Part shown: piece by piece, positions 26,890 to 32,000 of the stretch
Layout of the letters: every line of letters starts with the position of its first letter
Numbering within the stretch: position 1 is the first letter of the stretch
From: Desulfotalea psychrophila LSv54
GTDB lineage: Bacteria > Desulfobacterota > Desulfobulbia > Desulfobulbales > Desulfocapsaceae
NCBI RefSeq assembly: GCF_000025945.1
Contig: NC_006138.1
Span: forward strand, 2,460,001-2,492,000
DNA length: 32,000 bases
Direction of reading: 5' to 3'
Position numbers and translations under genes: made by a program
The notes under the pieces: model-generated
What the model was told of the DNA's origin: nothing
What the model saw: the letters and a program-made list of their open reading frames with translations, nothing else
The model's database searches: none

Positions 26890-27831
26890 TTAATCAATAA
26901 GGCTTGCCGCCTTAAAATGAACCTTCTCCTGTTGTCCTGTCATCTCTGTTATCTCGTAGCGTCCTCTCTTCAGCAACCAGACGACAACTCCCTCCACCAG
27001 GCTTTCCGGTGCCGAGGCTCCGGCCGTAATGCCCACTCGCTCACAACCCCTAAACCAGGATTCTTTTAAATCTTTAAAGTCATCAATGAGATAAGCCGGT
27101 GTTCCTGTCTCCGTCCCCACCTCACGAAGGCGATTAGAGTTGGAGCTGTTCTTTGAGCCAACCACCAGAATAAGGTCGGTACAACGGGCCAGAGTTCTCA
27201 CCGCATTTTGCCGATTCTGGGTGGCAAAGCAGATATTTGATTTTGGCCCCTGCAAGAGGGGAAAGCGCCGTCTTAAAACCACAAGCACCTGCTCTATATC
27301 ATTTTCGGCCAGGGTTGTCTGGGTAACAAAGGCTATCTTTTCGGAATTATTGACCTGCAACTTCTCTGCCTCTGCCGCCGTTGCCACCACATAGACCTCA
27401 CCTGTCACCCTTCCGGCAGTGCCCTCCACCTCCGGATGTCTATGGTGGCCAATAATAACCACCGAACAGCCCTCGGCATGATACTTCTCAACCATGCGGT
27501 GGACACTGCTCACCAAGGGACAGGTGGCATCAATGGTTTTGAGGCCAAGCGCCTTTGCCCGTTTCTCTATCTGCAGGGAAACGCCATGGGCACTAAAGAT
27601 ACAGATGGCACCGGCGGGAATCTGCTCCAGCTCTTCGACAAAGACAGCTCCTCCCTGGCGAAGATTATCAATAACATGCCTGTTGTGGACAATTTCATGG
27701 AGGACATAGACGGGTTCTCCATGTTCCTTGAGGGCAAGCTTTACCGTTTCAATGGCACGCTCGACGCCGGCACAAAATCCCCTGGGGGAGGCAAGTCTTA
27801 TCTCAAGCTTTTTGTCAGATTCTGAAGACAT
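26890..27831 (-). CDS. ispH: 4-hydroxy-3-methylbut-2-enyl diphosphate reductase
   Basis: ASPRGFCAGVERAIETV, YVLHEIVHNRHVI, FSAHGVS, ATCPLV, ITAGASAPESLVEGVV. Confidence 0.95.
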   Translation of the reverse strand: MSSESDKKLEIRLASPRGFCAGVERAIETVKLALKEHGEPVYVLHEIVHNRHVIDNLRQGGAVFVEELEQIPAGAICIFSAHGVSLQIEKRAKALGLKTIDATCPLVSSVHRMVEKYHAEGCSVVIIGHHRHPEVEGTAGRVTGEVYVVATAAEAEKLQVNNSEKIAFVTQTTLAENDIEQVLVVLRRRFPLLQGPKSNICFATQNRQNAVRTLARCTDLILVVGSKNSSNSNRLREVGTETGTPAYLIDDFKDLKESWFRGCERVGITAGASAPESLVEGVVVWLLKRGRYEITEMTGQQEKVHFKAASLID

Positions 27832-27859
27832 ATAATATCCTTATTCAACAGAGGTGTTA

Positions 27860-29452
27860 TCAGCGACAGGAGATTCCTGCCTGCATAAGGGTTGTCTTTA
27901 CCTCAGAGATTGGAACCTCTTCTCTGTGAAAGATTCCCGCTGCCAGAGCCGCATCGGCATCTGTTTCTCGGAAGACCTCGACAAAATCCCGGGCAGAGCC
28001 AGCACCACTGGAGGCAATAACCGGAATGGAGACAGCCTTCTTGACCAGAGAGATCAGTTCAAGCTCAAAACCATCGTTGGTACCATCCTTATCAATACAG
28101 TTGAGCAGAATCTCTCCCGCCCCCAGGGCCTCACAGCCCTGCACCAACTGGACAGCATCGAGCTTACTTCCCTCCCGACCGCCCTTAATCGTACACTGAT
28201 ACCAACAGTACTCTTCGCCATTAGGTCCTAAACTCCCTGTTTTAACACAGGTATGAGTAGTCTCGTCCGGGCTTTGTACGTAGACTCTGCGCGGATCTAC
28301 AGAGATAACAACTGCCTGCACACCATAGACGGCAGAGATCTGTTCGATGGAGCTCTTGCCGCTCTTCTTGCCGGTGGCCAGATATTCCTCAACAATGGCT
28401 ACGGCATCGGAGCCAATAGATATTTTATCGGCCCCGGATCTGAAATACTGAGCGGCAACGTCAAGGGCAGAGTAATACTTACCATTGCTATCGGTAAAGT
28501 CACGGATGCCACCACCAATGGTAAGGGGTACAAATACATTTTCAGAGGCCTTCTGCAGCACCTCAATCATGGGCTGGTCCTCCATGGGAAAATCTCTAAA
28601 GCCTGTTATATTGAGGAAAGTTACCTCGTCGGCCCCCTCCTGATAGTAGCGACGGGCAAGATCCACCGGTTTGCCCAGATTTCGCACCTCACCCTCCTGA
28701 CGAACATCATACTGATCGCCCTTGGTCACAACAAGATCACCGTTATCATTGGAGCGTACATCAAGGCAGGCAATAACACGCTTTGCATGCTCTGTCTTCT
28801 TCTCTATCTCAATCGGTACGATTGGAGTCTGCGAGGGCCTCTTCTGGGAGGAGAGGAAATTCTGGAGAAGGTTCAAACCGGCTTGTCCGCTCTTTTCCGG
28901 GTGGAACTGAAATGCGGTAACATTTCCCTTTTCCACCGCCGAGATAAAGCGAGTACCGTAATCTGTTGCTGTTAAGGCCCAATCCTCAGGCACAGTATCA
29001 AGGGGTGCATGGTAGGAGTGAACAAAATAGAGCTTTTCTTCCTCATAGCCAGCAAAGGAGGGAGATTCTTTGAGGAGATGAATGCCATTCCAGCCAATCT
29101 GCGGCACCGATAGGGCCGAGCGCACAAATTTTTTGATCTGCCCCGGCAGGATGCCAAGCCCCGCCACGCCGGGGGTCTCTTCACTGCCTTCAAACAGGGC
29201 CTGCAGGGCAACACAGATGCCAAGAAAGGGCTTGTCTTCCTCTATTCTTCGCTTGAGAGGTTCTATATAGCCACGGTCACGCAGGGTGTGCATCACAGAG
29301 CCAAAGCTTCCGACCCCCGGAAAGATCAGTTTATCTGCCGTTAAAATATCTTCGGGATGCTGTACCTCTACAATTTCACATCCTAACGCCCGAATAGCAT
29401 TACGTATACTACGAACATTGCCAGCCCCATAATCCAATAGCGTTACTTTCAT
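27860..29452 (-). CDS. Imidazole glycerol phosphate synthase, fused glutaminase (HisH) and cyclase (HisF) domains
   Basis: N-term MKVTLLDYGAGNVRSIRNAIRALG..GICVALQALFEGSEE..FQFHPEKSG; C-term RVIACLDVRSNDNGDLVVTKGDQYDVR...LTIGGGIRDF...GAGEILLNCIDKDGTNDGF..VIASSGAG. Single 530-aa ORF. Confidence 0.95.
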   Translation of the reverse strand: MKVTLLDYGAGNVRSIRNAIRALGCEIVEVQHPEDILTADKLIFPGVGSFGSVMHTLRDRGYIEPLKRRIEEDKPFLGICVALQALFEGSEETPGVAGLGILPGQIKKFVRSALSVPQIGWNGIHLLKESPSFAGYEEEKLYFVHSYHAPLDTVPEDWALTATDYGTRFISAVEKGNVTAFQFHPEKSGQAGLNLLQNFLSSQKRPSQTPIVPIEIEKKTEHAKRVIACLDVRSNDNGDLVVTKGDQYDVRQEGEVRNLGKPVDLARRYYQEGADEVTFLNITGFRDFPMEDQPMIEVLQKASENVFVPLTIGGGIRDFTDSNGKYYSALDVAAQYFRSGADKISIGSDAVAIVEEYLATGKKSGKSSIEQISAVYGVQAVVISVDPRRVYVQSPDETTHTCVKTGSLGPNGEEYCWYQCTIKGGREGSKLDAVQLVQGCEALGAGEILLNCIDKDGTNDGFELELISLVKKAVSIPVIASSGAGSARDFVEVFRETDADAALAAGIFHREEVPISEVKTTLMQAGISCR

Positions 29453-29551
29453 CTCTGATACATCCTTTTAACGTAAAAAATAGCTCGAACTAAAGATCAT
29501 CGCTTCCCTTAAAAAGAGAACCGATACTTCTCAAAATTATCTCAGGTAAGC

Positions 29552-30067
29552 TTAAAAGTCAAAGCCTGCCTGCGCCTTCACCCCCTGTTTGTAGGGATGC
29601 TTAACCTCTTTCATCTCAGTTACCAGATCTGCCTGTTCTATCATCTTCTCCCCTGCATATCTGCCCGTGACAATAATGTGCAGGGAGGGGGGCCTTTCCC
29701 CTATTGAACGAAGGATCTCTTCTTCGCTTATCATTGAATAGTGGGCAAGGTAGGTAAGCTCATCAAGAACCAGAAGATCATACTGGTTTGCTTTGATAAT
29801 TTCCTGGGCAAACGACCATGCCTTACGGGCAACCTCGATATCCTTATCCAGATCTTCACTTTTCCAGGTAAAACCACGGCCCCGGACATGAAAATCTACT
29901 CCGGGACAGGAGGTATAGAACTGCTCTTCACCCGTCTGCCAACCACCCTTTATAAACTGAATAACACAAACTTTTTTGCCATGGCCAAGGGCTCTGGCCA
30001 CATGCCCGAGGGCGGCAGTAGTTTTCCCCTTACCATTTCCTGTGAAAACTGCAAAAATACCCACTGC
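29552..30067 (-). CDS. cobO: Corrinoid adenosyltransferase, CobO/BtuR type
   Basis: FTGNGKGKTTAALGHVARALGHGKKVCVIQFIKG, LLVLDELTYL, VTGRYAGEKMIEQADLVTEMKEVKHPY. Confidence 0.93.
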   Translation of the reverse strand, partial: AVGIFAVFTGNGKGKTTAALGHVARALGHGKKVCVIQFIKGGWQTGEEQFYTSCPGVDFHVRGRGFTWKSEDLDKDIEVARKAWSFAQEIIKANQYDLLVLDELTYLAHYSMISEEEILRSIGERPPSLHIIVTGRYAGEKMIEQADLVTEMKEVKHPYKQGVKAQAGFDF

Positions 30068-30260
30068 CATAACGGCCCCCATCTGTTTATGATTTTAGCA
30101 TAGGCCATAAAAAAAGGAGGTTACTCCCAAGCGGGAACAACCTCCTTACAGAGCAAATCTGTCAAAACCAGCGCCATGCCACTACAAAAAAATGAGCACC
30201 ACGGCATACTACAAACAAAGCGCTCTTCAGCTAGGGAAGCCTTAGAGGCCAAAGACAATT

Positions 30261-30533
30261 TTAGTTAATTGCCTCGGACAGCTTGCTTCCAGCTTTAAAC
30301 TTAGCAATGTTTTTCGCAGGTATTTTAATAACTTCGTTGGTTCTTGGATTTCTTCCGTCACGAGCTTCGCGCTTAGACACTGAAAAAGTTCCAAAGCCTA
30401 CCAGAGTAACCTTGTCACCTTTCTTCAAAGTCTCGGCAATTGCAGCCAAAGTTCCGTTCAATGCTTTTTCAGCGGCACCCTTGCTGATATCGGCTGCATC
30501 TGCAATACTCTCGATAAGTTCCTTTTTGTTCAT
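30261..30533 (-). CDS. hup: HU-type DNA-binding protein
   Basis: MNKKELIESIADAADISKGAAEKALNGTLAAI..VTLVGFGTFSVSKREARDGRNPRTNEVIKIPA. Confidence 0.96.
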   Translation of the reverse strand: MNKKELIESIADAADISKGAAEKALNGTLAAIAETLKKGDKVTLVGFGTFSVSKREARDGRNPRTNEVIKIPAKNIAKFKAGSKLSEAIN

Positions 30534-30758
30534 GAATTCCTCCCAACTAAAAGCTCATTGCGTAATAACAGGAGAACTGATCCTCTCCCATTTTAGAATT
30601 GACCTGCTTGAAATTCTTAGTATTTCTAGCAAGGCCAGCTGATTAACTTAAGTGCAAATCACCTTAATTGAATAAATGTCCATATTCAAGCATAAAATGA
30701 TATTTTAGCTAAGCTATCCCCCGAAAAACCACGATTCTCTATAGGGGAGATGCAAACT

Positions 30759-31562
30759 CTACGACTGCCTACCGAGACAATCGACGAAGACACTATTAAA
30801 ACCCATTTTTGTGAAGAATGACAAGGTTTTTTCACGCATATTTCTCTGCATTGCCAGAATAATATCTTTTTCCTGCAGCTGGAGGAGAACCATATCGGCC
30901 CGAGGCTGCACTCGACAACCGGAAAAGCCAAGCCCCTGCAAGAATCTTTCACCCTGTTCTATGGAGGTTAACAGGTTCAGGCTAATCTTCGTGCCCCTCT
31001 CGATACGAGTTGCCAGGCATGAGTTAGAGCTAAGATTCCAATTAGCTAAGCCATGCTTTTTGGCAAGAAGACGAATTTCACCTTTGACCAGGCCTACCTC
31101 GGCAAGTGGTCGCGCTACCTCTTCCTCGATAAGGGCCTGAAGCCCGGGTCTATCCGCCTCTAAATCGCTTTTATTGGTGCCGTCAAGTAACTGGATTAAT
31201 ACTTCCCCTTGGCCACTGGATAGAGAGGTCTTAAGGGCTCTATACATATTTTTCTTACAAATATAACAACGCTCCCTGCCATTATTAACAAATTGATTCC
31301 ACTGCATGGGGTCAAGGATAAGCTTATGAGCCACACAGGAGTTGCCAAATTGCAGGGCCAAAAAGGCATCTACTCTTTTTGCAAAAAATTCATCCTGCAG
31401 GGAAGAAATAACAGTTACAACATGCACCTTTGACGGGCCCAGCGCCTGTCTCGCTGCATGGAGAAGAAAGCTTGAATCAATCCCGCCAGAAAAGGCAACA
31501 GCCACCTGAGGGTATTTTTTTATTGTCTGCAACAACCTTCTATATTTTTCTTCCATAATCAT
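30759..31562 (-). CDS. larE: ATP-dependent sacrificial sulfur transferase LarE-like
   Basis: VAVAFSGGIDSSFLLHAARQALG (PP-loop), GRERCYICKKNMY, LLDGTNKSDLEADRPGLQAL, NSCLATRI. Confidence 0.85.
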   Translation of the reverse strand: MIMEEKYRRLLQTIKKYPQVAVAFSGGIDSSFLLHAARQALGPSKVHVVTVISSLQDEFFAKRVDAFLALQFGNSCVAHKLILDPMQWNQFVNNGRERCYICKKNMYRALKTSLSSGQGEVLIQLLDGTNKSDLEADRPGLQALIEEEVARPLAEVGLVKGEIRLLAKKHGLANWNLSSNSCLATRIERGTKISLNLLTSIEQGERFLQGLGFSGCRVQPRADMVLLQLQEKDIILAMQRNMREKTLSFFTKMGFNSVFVDCLGRQS

Positions 31563-31692
31563 CCCCTTGGCCAAGATATTGCCACTTGGCCGTCTGCAAA
31601 TATGCTTGACATAGCTGGAGCTATCCCCTAATCTGACTGGCATAATAATATCTTATAAGCTCTTTTAAAAATGGTCATTAAATTACGGTAAT

Positions 31693-32000
31693 ATGAAACA
31701 AGACTCCAATATACCAAAGGTACGAGAATCCATAGATACAATTGATAATAGTATCTTGGAATTACTTAAAAAACGAATCGGTCTCGCTAAGGAGATTGGT
31801 AGACTCAAAAGCGAAGATAACAGGTCAAAATGGGATCCTCTCAGAGAACGTGAGATCTATGAACGACTTATCACCAGTAATGAGGGTGATTTTCCAGATG
31901 AATCACTTCGCTCGATCTTTCATGAAATAATAACCACCTGCAGACTATCGCAAAAAAAAGCAGTGGTAGCCTATCTCGGGCCGGAGGCCACCTTTTCTCA
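31693..32000 (+). CDS. pheA: Chorismate mutase / prephenate dehydratase (P-protein), N-terminal part, continues beyond window; not in supplied ORF track in this frame
   Basis: MKQDSNIPKVRESIDTIDNSILELLKKRIGLAKEIGRLKSEDNRSKWDPLREREIYERL...AVVAYLGPEATFS. Confidence 0.9.
   Translation, partial: MKQDSNIPKVRESIDTIDNSILELLKKRIGLAKEIGRLKSEDNRSKWDPLREREIYERLITSNEGDFPDESLRSIFHEIITTCRLSQKKAVVAYLGPEATFS

Noticed and set aside
27436-28975. Plus-strand ORFs (129, 125, 240 aa) over ispH and hisHF
   Set aside because: They lie antisense to strongly supported genes and show no recognisable domains.
1-32000. tRNA/rRNA genes, retrons or diversity-generating retroelements
   Set aside because: By eye I saw no tRNA-like cloverleaf with a CCA end, no rRNA core sequences and no reverse transcriptase motif (YxDD). 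A tRNAscan/Infernal run would be needed to be certain.

Overview
The window looks like a delta-proteobacterial / Desulfobulbales-type chromosome; this placement is inferred from gene content only. It has ordinary core genes at both ends and an accessory region in between. Left edge: the 3' end of an SdhB/FrdB-like Fe-S subunit, a geranylgeranyl-reductase-family flavoprotein and a small membrane protein with two CxxCH motifs. Right part (22.7-32 kb): pepN, dapL (apparently frameshifted), ispH, a single-chain HisH-HisF fusion, cobO, HU, larE and the start of pheA. Middle (about 2-22 kb): an IS3-family element (2336..3610) abutting a truncated DUF3833 gene; a decayed-then-intact lipid/stress operon (chalcone-isomerase-like, SnoaL-like, SDR, FAD oxidoreductase, DUF1365, Cfa, DUF2878); a glutaredoxin-FTR catalytic-chain fusion next to a UV endonuclease; Fe-ADH/AraC; and ablAB. 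The most notable findings are: (1) a relic integron at 19.8-21.1 kb, with a degenerate intI remnant on the minus strand, an attI-like core (GTTAGCT) and one gene cassette ending in a convincing attC. The cassette encodes an uncharacterised N-terminal domain fused to a CAP12/Pycsar-type TIR domain. A truncated adenosine-deaminase-like gene follows immediately after the attC. (2) A segmental duplication: 1.59-2.11 kb is collinear with 18.99-19.86 kb. The two copies form direct repeats flanking the accessory segment, and both contain an integron-integrase remnant cut at the same point. (3) A 42-bp tandem array of hairpin-forming units at about 22.08-22.24 kb and several dispersed repeat families. 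All family names come from reading motifs by eye; no database searches were run.
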